Below are positions 10,818-21,700 of a stretch of 64,000 nt of DNA, one piece after another. Below the pieces are notes generated by a model, which was not told the DNA's origin, did no database searches, and was given only the letters and a program-made list of their open reading frames with translations. The position numbers and the translations under genes are program-made. Within the stretch, counting starts at the first letter, position 1. Every line of letters begins with the position of its first letter. Source of the stretch: a virus; IMG/VR virus record IMGVR_UViG_3300036770_008715, positions 64,001-128,000 of that record, one strand, 5' to 3'.

Positions 10818-11708
10818 TTATCCTAGGAAAGTAAAGTCGATTGATTTGGTCGACACGTTGTAGGTTATTGACATATTGGAATTGGCAATATTATTGTTTG
10901 CCTGATCTCCACCAAAGTATATTCCATTATTGGTAGATAGTTTAAGGTTTGCATTTGCACTTATTAGGCTGGCTGAGGTGTTGTATGTGAAGTTTGCATT
11001 GCCAGCAAACGTTCCATCGTTATTGTATTGTATGTCAGTATTTGATCCGCCAGGAGTTCCGCTTCCACTAGAAGTGAACTGAATATTCGCATTGCCTTCT
11101 ATTCCAGAAGTGACAGTAACTGTTACTGTTGCGCTATTGAGGAAATTAATTCCATTGGCAGTTACAGTCGAAACGCTGTTGGCCGAAACAGGGAATGTAC
11201 CAGAACCGCCACCGCCAGAACCAGGTGCACCTTGAACACCTTGAGCTCCTTGTACCCCAGTTCCAATTTGGCCTTGAACACCTTGGAATCCTTGAGCACC
11301 TACTGCTCCTTGAATTCCCTGGAACCCTTGCGCTCCAACAGCGCCTTGTACACCCTGAAATCCTTGAGCACCTACTGCTCCTTGAATTCCCTGGAACCCT
11401 TGCGCTCCAACAGCACCTTGGAATCCTTGTGCTCCTTGTACGCCGCTACCACCAACAACAGTTATTGCAATATTAGCATTACCATCTGTCGAATCAGTTA
11501 CTGCGATTGTCGCCGTTGCAGTGTTGACAAAGTTGAGTTGTTTGGCTGAAAGAGTAGATTCACTGTTTTGAGAAACGCGAACCGTGTTGGCCGCACTGGC
11601 TAGGTTTGCATTAAAAATAGAACCCGTAACAGTAAGATTCCCAGAAACCGTGGTATTCTGGGTTACAATTAGATTTCCAGTTACATTACTGTTTAATAGC
11701 TGGGCCAT
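10818..11708 (-). CDS. Short collagen-like fibre segment
   Basis: MAQLLNSNVTG N-terminus, (GAQGFQGxQ)n, C-terminus SIDFTFLG paralogous to 16025-18724. Confidence 0.85.
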   Translation of the reverse strand: MAQLLNSNVTGNLIVTQNTTVSGNLTVTGSIFNANLASAANTVRVSQNSESTLSAKQLNFVNTATATIAVTDSTDGNANIAITVVGGSGVQGAQGFQGAVGAQGFQGIQGAVGAQGFQGVQGAVGAQGFQGIQGAVGAQGFQGVQGQIGTGVQGAQGVQGAPGSGGGGSGTFPVSANSVSTVTANGINFLNSATVTVTVTSGIEGNANIQFTSSGSGTPGGSNTDIQYNNDGTFAGNANFTYNTSASLISANANLKLSTNNGIYFGGDQANNNIANSNMSITYNVSTKSIDFTFLG

Positions 11709-11735
11709 TTTGATTCTCGGATATAGATTACTCTG

Positions 11736-11743
11736 TATTTAGT
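11736..11743 (-). promoter_or_regulatory. T4-type late promoter (ACTAAATA)
   Basis: CTAAATA overlapping the upstream stop codon, 27 nt before ATG 11708. Confidence 0.6.
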
Positions 11744-13256
11744 CTGGTGGCACTTCAATAAACTCAGCCGTTTGTACTGCTCCATTGGCAAATAATCGAA
11801 GAGAAGGAGTTAATGCTTCTTCGAATAATTCTCCCATTTGGATAGTTCCATTGGCAAAAATTCTGAGAACATCGCTTGATGGGATTGATATTGTGTTAGG
11901 GATGCCGACATTTGCTGTATTGACTCCCATGTCTGAACCATTTTCTGCTGCAGAAACCCCTATCGAAGAAGAATCTAATTTAAACCCTGATATTGAACTT
12001 GGGTATGTTCCGCCAGAAAAGACTATCGCTCCATTCACAGAACTGGCGTCTTGTCCATAAAAAGTTTGCCAGCCAGATAAAGTATAAGATATGCTATTAT
12101 TCCAAATTGCACCTCCATATCCATTATAATTGGTTGTTGTAAAATGTGGCGCAGAATTATACCTATGTATCTCTGTAGTGCCTAGAATAATGTTGTTTTT
12201 GACGATATTCCCTATGGCGCCGTTTGCGGCTGGCGGATCATCAGGATCTGTAGCCCAGAGCAACGTTATGTTATTTGCTATTGTATTATATTGAATATCG
12301 TTGTAATCTCCACCAGCAACACCATTAGATTCATTTATAACTAATGATACATTAGATGCAAAAATATTATTAATAATATTTGCATAGTTGGTATTAAAAA
12401 ATGAAGCGAACCTATCCGTATCTTTTATGTAATTTCCCGAAATCGTAATGTCTGTATTTGATAGGTTGGACTCATTGGCATGTTTAAAATAAATCCCACA
12501 TGGAGAGTTGGACATAATGTTGTTTCTTATGACCAACTTTCCTACTCTAAATGCAACTATATTCCCTGTGTTATTATGAATTCCACTAGCATTAGATCCA
12601 GGACCATTGAACGTATTGTATTGTATGGTTGTATAATTGCTTAACGTTCCACCATTTATCTTAATGGCGCCCGAATTATCGCCCCCATATTCTTGATTAA
12701 TAGTACACCATTGGATTGTGTTATTGCTACTATCTACGTTCGTGCCTAGCTGAAATGCTACTGAAGTATTCGCAAATTCTAATCCATGAAATCTCCAATA
12801 TTGCTTTCCTTCGAGCATCATAAACATATTATTTGTTGTGCCGCCACCACTGACTCCAACAGTATTAGCGCAATTAATTATAACTCGTTCGCCAGGATAA
12901 TTTCTAACAGTAATTGGTTGTGATGCAGTTCCTGTTTGTGAATTGACTGTTGCTGATGGATTTCCTCCATATGTCTGGGAATAAAATGTTCCTCTAAGAT
13001 GAAGGAGAAAATCTAGATTATATGTTCCACCTCTAATCAACAGAGTGTCATTTGCGTTAAGATTATACACTCCTTTTTCAATCGTAAGCCATGGTGTGTT
13101 TGGATTATTTGGAGTGCTAGAAGAATCGCTACCTGTTAATGACACATATTTTAAGTTAGCACTCATACCAAATGTTGATTCATCGGTATTACTATCAACT
13201 TCAGTGCGTCCAGTCTCAATAAATTGTTCTGCTTGGAATACGAATTCGTTTGGCAT
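11739..13256 (-). CDS. Right-handed parallel beta-helix protein (pectate-lyase-like, putative depolymerase)
   Basis: YVSLTGSDS...PWLTI...DTLLIRGGTY...PITVRNYPGERVII start, followed by Asn-ladder repeats (IQYNTF, IRNNIM, ISGNYI, IINNIF, VKNNII). Confidence 0.75.
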   Translation of the reverse strand: MPNEFVFQAEQFIETGRTEVDSNTDESTFGMSANLKYVSLTGSDSSSTPNNPNTPWLTIEKGVYNLNANDTLLIRGGTYNLDFLLHLRGTFYSQTYGGNPSATVNSQTGTASQPITVRNYPGERVIINCANTVGVSGGGTTNNMFMMLEGKQYWRFHGLEFANTSVAFQLGTNVDSSNNTIQWCTINQEYGGDNSGAIKINGGTLSNYTTIQYNTFNGPGSNASGIHNNTGNIVAFRVGKLVIRNNIMSNSPCGIYFKHANESNLSNTDITISGNYIKDTDRFASFFNTNYANIINNIFASNVSLVINESNGVAGGDYNDIQYNTIANNITLLWATDPDDPPAANGAIGNIVKNNIILGTTEIHRYNSAPHFTTTNYNGYGGAIWNNSISYTLSGWQTFYGQDASSVNGAIVFSGGTYPSSISGFKLDSSSIGVSAAENGSDMGVNTANVGIPNTISIPSSDVLRIFANGTIQMGELFEEALTPSLRLFANGAVQTAEFIEVPPD

Positions 13257-13269
13257 TATACTACTCTAC

Positions 13270-15177
13270 TTATCTATAGATGACTTCAACGTTATCAATA
13301 TATCTTGTTTCACTAGAAACTGGTGCACCACCTGATTCCCATCCACCAATAGCAAATTGATGGAATGTATAATCATTACTACTGCCTCTTATATTAATAT
13401 TACTAGCAGAACCCATTAATTCGCCATCTCTCCACAATTTTATCCAACCATCAGAATTACCTATAGAATTTAATTGAATTTCAACAGCAATAGTATACCA
13501 TTGTTCTCTATTCATGTTCCAATCGTTGTCAATAACAAAATTTGAACTAGTTCCTAATCCTTGACCAAATACAATAGCTCTTGTTGAATTTCCAGGAGTT
13601 CCGCTGCCCTCAAGTCCAAGTAAAACATCTAATGTGACATTACCATTAGATAATCTACCAACAATTCTACAGGATTTATCTGCCTGGAAATCCCAGTTTG
13701 CGTCTCTATACTCATCCCATTGTAATCTAATATAAGTTTTTCCTGTACTAACATCACCATTAATAGCGCCAGGAAATCTATAATATAATAAAGTCCGTGA
13801 TTCATTTTGAGTCCATGTTGAAGTATATCGATTAGATCCCTGGAATAGGCTAATAGAATGAGTTCCACCGTTTGATGTATCTTGACTATCCCATGGACCA
13901 TTAATAGCATCAGTTATTGTTGAATATGTTTCGAAACTTTCAAAAAAATCTCTAACTACTCTGATATACATTTTAATCTTATTGGAGATTTTCGTCAATC
14001 CGCTGGCTGTGAATGTTCCTGCTTCTCCCCAAACATAATATAGATCAGAGTATATTCTATAGTCAAACGAGTCTGTTGTATCATTAGGAGAATTAATCTC
14101 AATGAATCCTTGCGAATCAACATATAAATCATTTCCAAGATTAGTTTTAGTTGGGAGATAGAATTTATCCCCTACAGAAACTGCTGGTGATAGTCCATAA
14201 TATAAAGAATATGTATTTGCGGCCTGGGATATATCTGTAACTGTGTGTATATTATAGAATGTATTTGTGGTAAGAGTGCCAGAAATACTTGCTGTTGCAA
14301 CGTTAAATGTCACATTACCAAATCCAACATTTGATGCGAATAATTGTTCAGAATATGGAACATCAAATACAATAGCTGATGCATTAGTAGTTGTTGGAGC
14401 TACATTGATGCTTCTTGTTTGATATACTATTTGTACTGCAGTTTGGCCACTTAAATTATAACCAGATAGAATAACTCCAGGCTGCCCAGCATATACAGTT
14501 TCGTCCGTATCAACATCAATTATTGATACATCTGTTGATGCAATAGAAAGTGCTATATGAGTAGTTTGACCTCCTCCTCCGCCAACAGTCCAGGACATTA
14601 TAGAATTAGATGAAGAATTTCCATCTTCAATGGAAGAAGCTATTCTTGCGGAATTTCCACCTGCTCCTGCAGATCCAATAAAGTTGCTAAGTTGTGTTTG
14701 ATTCGCATCAGCAGTATATGTTGTACTGTCGCCACTTCCAGTTCCAATTGCATCAAATACAATAAATCCAGTTCTAGAAGCAATACTTACTGAATTGCTA
14801 GTTGATGTTCTGAAAGTAAAAGGTGGAGTTACTAATTGAGAAACGTTTGCAAAAGATGTTGCAATTATCCCACCTCTGGTAGTTGATGCTGCCCAACGAA
14901 CAATTACAGTATTATTCCCTGTTGGAGGATTAACCATGTAATATGTTCTTAGATATACACCGCCATTAATTACTGTGTTGGCAAATGTCATTGCGGCATT
15001 ATTATAATACACATATGACGGATCTGTTGGCGCACCCGCACTAGTGGTCACTATATTAACAACTAAAAATCTATCTTCCCCCGAACATGTATGATAAAAA
15101 AGTGAATTTGTTCCAGAGTTAACTCCAGCTCCAGACAAAGAAAGAAAGGTATTTGCATTAAGAGTTACTGCAGGCAT
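13270..15177 (-). CDS. Multidomain fibre-associated protein with C-terminal polysaccharide-lyase-like beta-jelly-roll
   Basis: C-terminal QWYTIAVEIQLNS...DGWIKLWRDGEL...RYIDNVEV pattern. Confidence 0.6.
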   Translation of the reverse strand: MPAVTLNANTFLSLSGAGVNSGTNSLFYHTCSGEDRFLVVNIVTTSAGAPTDPSYVYYNNAAMTFANTVINGGVYLRTYYMVNPPTGNNTVIVRWAASTTRGGIIATSFANVSQLVTPPFTFRTSTSNSVSIASRTGFIVFDAIGTGSGDSTTYTADANQTQLSNFIGSAGAGGNSARIASSIEDGNSSSNSIMSWTVGGGGGQTTHIALSIASTDVSIIDVDTDETVYAGQPGVILSGYNLSGQTAVQIVYQTRSINVAPTTTNASAIVFDVPYSEQLFASNVGFGNVTFNVATASISGTLTTNTFYNIHTVTDISQAANTYSLYYGLSPAVSVGDKFYLPTKTNLGNDLYVDSQGFIEINSPNDTTDSFDYRIYSDLYYVWGEAGTFTASGLTKISNKIKMYIRVVRDFFESFETYSTITDAINGPWDSQDTSNGGTHSISLFQGSNRYTSTWTQNESRTLLYYRFPGAINGDVSTGKTYIRLQWDEYRDANWDFQADKSCRIVGRLSNGNVTLDVLLGLEGSGTPGNSTRAIVFGQGLGTSSNFVIDNDWNMNREQWYTIAVEIQLNSIGNSDGWIKLWRDGELMGSASNINIRGSSNDYTFHQFAIGGWESGGAPVSSETRYIDNVEVIYR

Positions 15178-15178
15178 T

Positions 15179-16018
15179 TTATGTACCTATAAATTTCCTG
15201 CGGCCTGAATCTGATCTATATGGCGGACTAACATTTGTAGCAATAACAATATCGTCAAGATATGTGTCGTTATTTGGAGGAGTTTCATTATTCCAATAGG
15301 TGAACCAATATAAACTAGTCATAATATTGGTTGCTTCATTCATTGTTCCAGTATCAGCTGCTGTGCGTTCTTGGACGAGATTACCATCAACCCAGAAACG
15401 GAAAAGGACTCCTGATCCACCCATAGATTCTTTCACATCTAGTTTACAATACACTTCATATGTTATCCATTGATCTCGAGGGATAGGAACTAGAGAATAT
15501 TTCCATATATTATTATTATCAAATTCTCTGATTGTCCCATAAGTCCAAGATCCCCAGCTCGCTTCTTCATTAACATACAAATCCATATACCCAGCATTAA
15601 CAGCAGATTCAGCTGCGCTCTTAAACATCCTAAGTCGTAGAAATTTCATTGCTGGAGTTGCACTGAATGTAAATTCACTTGGCCAGTATTGCCTCCATCT
15701 AACCCAAATCTCATCACCTCTTACCAAGTTAGTAGGTAAGGCATATGTCCCACCCCAATTACCAAATCCACCACCATCTCCAGTTCTAATTGACATTAAT
15801 GCCGATGCGCCACTTGTTCCATATTTCGTTGTTGTATTTGCTTTGGTTCTTCCTGCAGTACCAAAAACAGGACCATTCAATGAAACCCCATCAGCATAAG
15901 AATTAAAATTCTGAGTAGAAACAGGAGTGTATGTTCCTCCTGTTGGGTATTTGCTGTATCGTATGCCATCTTCTGATGGTATTATTCTAAAAGAACGTTT
16001 AGTGCCATTGATAGCCAT
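15179..16018 (-). CDS. Polysaccharide-lyase-like/lectin beta-jelly-roll protein
   Basis: EIWVRWRQYWPSEF...KFLRL...DQWITYEVYCKL...FRFWVDG...YLDDIVIAT pattern. Confidence 0.6.
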   Translation of the reverse strand: MAINGTKRSFRIIPSEDGIRYSKYPTGGTYTPVSTQNFNSYADGVSLNGPVFGTAGRTKANTTTKYGTSGASALMSIRTGDGGGFGNWGGTYALPTNLVRGDEIWVRWRQYWPSEFTFSATPAMKFLRLRMFKSAAESAVNAGYMDLYVNEEASWGSWTYGTIREFDNNNIWKYSLVPIPRDQWITYEVYCKLDVKESMGGSGVLFRFWVDGNLVQERTAADTGTMNEATNIMTSLYWFTYWNNETPPNNDTYLDDIVIATNVSPPYRSDSGRRKFIGT

Positions 16019-16024
16019 ATTAAA

Positions 16025-18724
16025 TTACCCCAAGAACGTAAAGTCTAACGATGTCGCACTCGCGTTATATGATACTCTGAATTTAGAGTTTGAGAATTGG
16101 TTGTTAGACTGTTCGCCACCAAAGTATAGATTACTTGTTCCTGGCAATCTTAGCTGAGAACCGACAGAAACAAGGTTAGCGGCAGTATTGTAGTAGAAAT
16201 TAGAATCGCCACCAAAAGCGCCATTGTTATTGTACTGTATTTGAGTATTTGCTCCGCCAGGAGAGCCGCCTGATGTAAACTGGATATTTGCATTGCCTTC
16301 TATTCCTGCTGTTACTGTAACAGTTACTGTTGCGCTATTAATAAAATTCAGAGCATTGGCTGTTACTGTTGAACCGCTGTTGGCTGAAACAGCAAAGTTT
16401 GCAATTCCAGAAGATCCTGGAGCTCCTTGGACACCTTGATGACCTTGCACTCCAGTTCCAGTTTGCCCTTGAGCGCCCTGAGATCCTTGAATCCCCTGGA
16501 ACCCTTGCGCTCCAACTGCACCTTGAATACCTTGGAAACCTTGGGCACCTATTGCTCCCTGGGCACCTGCTGCGCCTTGAATACCTTGAAAACCTTGTCT
16601 ACCTTGGGCTCCCTGAATACCTTGGAAACCTTGTGCCCCAACAACTCCCTGAGCGCCAGCGGCTCCTTGTATTCCCTGGAAACCTTGGGCACCTACTGCT
16701 CCCTGGGCACCAGTTGCTCCCTGTGGTCCTTGGGTTCCTGGAGTACCTGCTAGGTTAATAGTCCAAAAGGTAAATGTGCCTGAACCACTAGTGCTAGTAA
16801 CATTAATATCAAGAGAACCAGTTCCACCATTATAAGTGGAGACTGTTCCTTCCATATAGTTTGTTGAGTTATTAGCCGCTCGAACAGTTTGAGAAGTAGA
16901 ATATGCTAGACCAGTATCTACTGTAAATACTTTTGAACCAGTACCTATGGTTTGGCTAGTAGTACTGGTGGTGGCATATTTGTCGCCAGCAATACCTTGA
17001 ATACCTTGAGAACCTTGAGCACCAGTTGTTCCTTGAAATCCTTGTGCGCCTTGGATACCTTGAAACCCTTGAGCCCCAACAGCTCCTTGAGCACCAGTTG
17101 TTCCTTGAAATCCTTGTGCACCCTGAATACCTTGAGACCCTTGAGCCCCAACAGTTCCCTGTGCCCCAACAACACCTTGGGCGCCAGCGGATCCTTGTAT
17201 CCCCTGGAAGCCTTGGGCACCTACTGTTCCTTGCGCCCCAGTAACTCCTTGCGCACCAGTGGCACCTTGAATTCCCTGAAATCCTTGTGCGCCAGTAGCT
17301 CCCTGGGCACCAGCATCACCTTGAATACCCTGGAACCCTTGCGAACCCTGAATACCTTGAGAACCTTGAGTTCCTGTTGCTCCCTGAAATCCTTGTGCTC
17401 CCTGAATACCTTGAGAACCTTGAGTTCCTGTTGCTCCCTGAATACCTTGAGAACCTTGAGTTCCTGTTGCTCCCTGGAACCCTTGCGAACCCTGAATACC
17501 TTGAGAACCTTGAGTTCCTGTTGCTCCCTGAAATCCTTGTGCGCCCTGAATACCTTGGAATCCTTGAGCTCCAGCAACTCCCTGGAATCCTTGTGCACCA
17601 ACAGCACCTTGGACTCCTTGGAACCCTTGTGGACCAGCTGATCCTTGAATTCCCTGGAATCCTTGTCTACCCTGAGCGCCTTGTATACCTTGGAAGCCTT
17701 GAGCTCCAATAGCACCTTGAGCGCCAGTTGCTCCCTGTGGTCCCTGGGTTCCAGGAGTTCCAGCAAGGTTAATTGTCCAAAAGGTAAATGTTCCGCTTCC
17801 GCTGGTTGACGTTACGTTAATATCAATAGAACCAGTTCCACTGTTGTATGTGGATACGGAACCTTCCATATAATTTGTTGCGGTATTCGCAGCACGAACA
17901 GTCTGGGAAGTAGAATATGCTAGTCCAGTTGCAACAGTGAATACCTTAGATCCAGTACCAATCGTTTGAGATGTTGTACTAGTGGTTGCATACTTATCGC
18001 CAGCAATACCTTGAATTCCCTGAGAACCTTGGGCTCCAGCAACTCCCTGGAAACCCTGAGAACCTTGAATACCTTGGAAACCTTGGGCTCCAACAACACC
18101 CTGAAACCCTTGTGAACCTTGGATGCCCTGGAATCCTTGTCTACCTTGTGCTCCCTGAATACCTTGGAATCCTTGTCTACCTTGTGCACCCTGAATACCT
18201 TGAGAACCTTGAGTTCCTGTTGCTCCCTGGAACCCTTGCGAACCCTGAATACCTTGGAAACCTTGGGGTCCAGCGGCTCCTTGAATTCCTTGAGAACCCT
18301 GAATACCTTGGAATCCTTGGGGTCCAGCGGCTCCTTGAATTCCCTGAGAACCTTGGGCTCCAGCAACTCCCTGGAAACCCTGAGAACCTTGAATACCTTG
18401 GAAACCTTGGGGTCCAGCAACACCCTGAAATCCTTGTGCGCCTTGAATACCTTGGAAACCTTGTACTCCAGTTGCTCCTTGAAATCCTTGTGCGCCAGGT
18501 AGACCAATTGGACCTTGATCGCCCTGATTACCTTGAACCCCTTGGGCACCTTGTACGCCTTGAGATCCTTGGACGCCCTGTTCGCCCTGAACTCCAGGAG
18601 CTCCTTGTGGGCCAACAGTATTGGTTGCGAAAGATACCCAGGATGTACCATTCCACTTCCAAATCTTTCCGTTGGAAGTGAAAATCTCATTAAGAGCTGG
18701 ATTATCTGGGAAATTGATTGCCAT
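16025..18724 (-). CDS. Long collagen-like tail fibre protein
   Basis: N-terminal FPDNP...WKWNGTSW domain; three G-X-Q collagen blocks separated by two GDKYATTSTTS domains; C-terminus SLDFTFLG. Confidence 0.9.
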   Translation of the reverse strand: MAINFPDNPALNEIFTSNGKIWKWNGTSWVSFATNTVGPQGAPGVQGEQGVQGSQGVQGAQGVQGNQGDQGPIGLPGAQGFQGATGVQGFQGIQGAQGFQGVAGPQGFQGIQGSQGFQGVAGAQGSQGIQGAAGPQGFQGIQGSQGIQGAAGPQGFQGIQGSQGFQGATGTQGSQGIQGAQGRQGFQGIQGAQGRQGFQGIQGSQGFQGVVGAQGFQGIQGSQGFQGVAGAQGSQGIQGIAGDKYATTSTTSQTIGTGSKVFTVATGLAYSTSQTVRAANTATNYMEGSVSTYNSGTGSIDINVTSTSGSGTFTFWTINLAGTPGTQGPQGATGAQGAIGAQGFQGIQGAQGRQGFQGIQGSAGPQGFQGVQGAVGAQGFQGVAGAQGFQGIQGAQGFQGATGTQGSQGIQGSQGFQGATGTQGSQGIQGATGTQGSQGIQGAQGFQGATGTQGSQGIQGSQGFQGIQGDAGAQGATGAQGFQGIQGATGAQGVTGAQGTVGAQGFQGIQGSAGAQGVVGAQGTVGAQGSQGIQGAQGFQGTTGAQGAVGAQGFQGIQGAQGFQGTTGAQGSQGIQGIAGDKYATTSTTSQTIGTGSKVFTVDTGLAYSTSQTVRAANNSTNYMEGTVSTYNGGTGSLDINVTSTSGSGTFTFWTINLAGTPGTQGPQGATGAQGAVGAQGFQGIQGAAGAQGVVGAQGFQGIQGAQGRQGFQGIQGAAGAQGAIGAQGFQGIQGAVGAQGFQGIQGSQGAQGQTGTGVQGHQGVQGAPGSSGIANFAVSANSGSTVTANALNFINSATVTVTVTAGIEGNANIQFTSGGSPGGANTQIQYNNNGAFGGDSNFYYNTAANLVSVGSQLRLPGTSNLYFGGEQSNNQFSNSKFRVSYNASATSLDFTFLG
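16420..18610 (-). repeat. Degenerate 9/27-bp tandem repeats encoding collagen G-X-Y (similar tracts at ~1-1140, 3325-3630, 11225-11445, 31610-31920, 32280-32475)
   Basis: Recurrent ccttgaatac/ccttggaatc/ccttgagcac units in frame with the minus-strand CDS. Confidence 0.95.
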
Positions 18725-21700
18725 TTAGTCTACCGTTCTCGTGGCTTTTAGTGTCTTACCAGCATCAAAGTGAATATAGAATCCATCTTCAGGCGAAGTC
18801 CAAGAAGCATCAGTATATCCGCCAATCAGAATATTATCACCATCAAGAGCGCAGCAGGATCCAATATCACCACCAGTTGTGCCAGTCTGGTATCTAGCGA
18901 AGTTTCCAGTATTTAGGTCGCAAATGGCTACAAGCAAATCAGATCCACCAACCGAAGTTCCAACACCAGAAACAACACCAGCCGTTGATCCTACGATAAC
19001 AACTGTATTGGACTCAGGCAAAAATGTTGATACTCTACCATTAGTATCAAGAATTTCCGAAGAAACAGTACCTGTTTGGTATGCAACGTTGAATGTATTT
19101 GATCTGTAATTATAGATCACAACACCAATATCATCTGCTCCAGCAGATGTAGTTATAATTGGAGTCAAGTTATCTGTTGTCTGGTATACTAGAGCAATCT
19201 GGCCGCCACCAATATCGTGCAAGTTAACTGCTTTATCGTCACCATCGCCGCCGATCTGATTATGCTTAAAGGTATTTGATGTTGTATCAAGAATAGAAAC
19301 TAGAATGTCATAAACACCATATTGCGTTCCGCCAATATTACTGGTTGTTCGACCACAAACTGCAACGTTGCCGTCTTCAAGTTTTGTGATGGCATAATAT
19401 TCTTCGTCTAGATTAGTTCCTGTCTGGTAGAATTCAAATTCTCTGCCTGCAGGCTTGCTTTCGTCGAATCGAATAATTAGACCATCATATACTCCAGAAC
19501 CTCCAGTGTTTTTCTTACCAACATCGCCTGAGGTCTGGCAGATAAAGTAGAATACATTATCTGAATATTGCACTAGGTCATATCCGAAAATATTACCATC
19601 GTCAGCAATAGAGTCGCCGACTGTTCCGACAACATAGAACTTTGTAAATGCTTCGCTATCATACATTGGCAGATAGTCACGATGCTCAGCATGTTCTGGA
19701 TCATTCATATGCTGCTGAGCTTTGTCTAGGTCAAAGACAGCAAGAACAAAGTTCCACAATCCGCTTGATCCATCAAATATGGATTGCTGTATTGTTTCAA
19801 TTGAACCTACTGTGTGAGATGGCGTAGTAATAGCCAGTGTGCTATTTGTTATTGATGGTGCTATACCAACAGGCGATGCAGTTCCAGCAAAACTTTCTTG
19901 TGGATAGGTGTCATACAAGAAGTTAAATGTAATATCCAGATCTAGGTGGCAAACACCAGTACCAAATCCTTTACGCCAGAATCGAGTTAATAGACCGTTC
20001 TCCTGGAAGAATGGATCTTGGGCAAAGTTAGTGCCGCAAACATAGATGTTGTCATTCAGATGATCCATCGTACAACCAAGGAAATTAGTATCATATACAT
20101 CCATCGATGGATTGAAATACTTTAACCAATTTTTCCAGAGCGAAGTTCCCGATTGATCGAATCCAAATATGAATCCTCGGTTCTTCACTTCGCTCATCAT
20201 ATGATGTTCTATTCGAGAAATCTGATTCTCATAACCTACAGCATAGATGTAATTCTCATTATCTACAGTAACTCCAGTAAATTGGGAATCAATATTAACT
20301 GACTGAACCCACTGTTGAGTACCAATAGAATCAAACTTAATAATAGTTGCATTTGGCGTGGTATTGGCGCCGACAGCAATTACGTTTCCGCCAGCATCAA
20401 CAGCAAGACTATTGTAATTAATTGTGCTAGATTCTCTGGCCCATACGAGCGATCCACTGCTGGTTAATTTGAATACTTTATTATTACCAGCTGCATATAC
20501 ATTATTTGACGAATCAACTGTTACTTGTTTTAGCTGGAAATCTGGAACTTTCTTTTGCCAAACTTGAACGCCATTAGTTTCAAGTTTAACAATATAACTA
20601 TTATTAGTTTCTTTGAGGCCAAGGTACAAATATTCGCCAGAGGCTTTGATGCTTTCAATTTGTTGATCGCCGCTCGTATCAATAGTACGTGTCCAGACTG
20701 GCTGGCCATTACTCAAAAATTTAGCATACAATCCAGCTTTACCCGAACCTTCTGTCGTCGATCCGCCAACATAAATTGAATCTGTTGAATCAATTGTAAC
20801 TGCAAATCCTGAATCAATACTAGAATTCTCTAATGTTTTAGTCCAATCGATTTCAAGATTAGCTGTGAACTTAGTCAAAACTAATTTATCGTCTGCCGAA
20901 GAACCGACTGTTACAACAAGACCATTACTGTCTACTGCAACACCGCGATATATTGTATTGGCGTCGTTATAATATGTGGTTCGAACAAAAGGATGAACTC
21001 TTGTTTCTTTTAAATCAATTAACTGGCTCTTGGTGTAGCCAGTGAGATATATTAAGTTTGTATTGGCTCGTAGCTGCATTCCAGTAAAATAGTCTTGACC
21101 TGGACCGCCTGCGCAATAATAATCGCCGCCACCTTGTTCTTCGTCGCCATTATAAATGGTAACCATAAAATCATCGAAACCAAGGTTGCCTTCATTCTCT
21201 TCTATCTTACCGCAGAATACCATTCGACCATCATTCAGAGCAAGAACGTCATAGAAGTATTCACCGCCGCCAACACCAGCAGTTGATTTCTTTTTATAGA
21301 ATTGAGGAGATGCCAAATCATACTGGAAAACTGCATTTCCTGTTGGAATTGGATCTGGCTCTTCTTCATTAATTCTTCGCCAAGTCTGAGATTCTAATTC
21401 ATATTGGACATAGCCAATTGTACCTGCTGGCCTTAGAATAAAAGCATTATTGGCAACATCAAAATCAAAGTGTGGGTATATTTGTCTAGTGAAGTTAATT
21501 TGAAAACCATAAACTCCTTGGCCTTGGTATGTTCCAGTAACGTCTTTATCGCCACTTAATATGGTATAGAATCTTCTTTCCGATGCTCTATATGAAATGC
21601 CATGTACTCTGAGTGGATTACTACCACTTCCATTGGTTACTATTTGACCTTCGTCAATCCACTCAGCGCCATCAAATCTGTATAAACTAACACCATCAGA

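Noticed and set aside
16420-18610. Regular short repeats resembling a CRISPR array
   Set aside because: Degenerate 9-bp coding periodicity, no unique spacers, no cas genes
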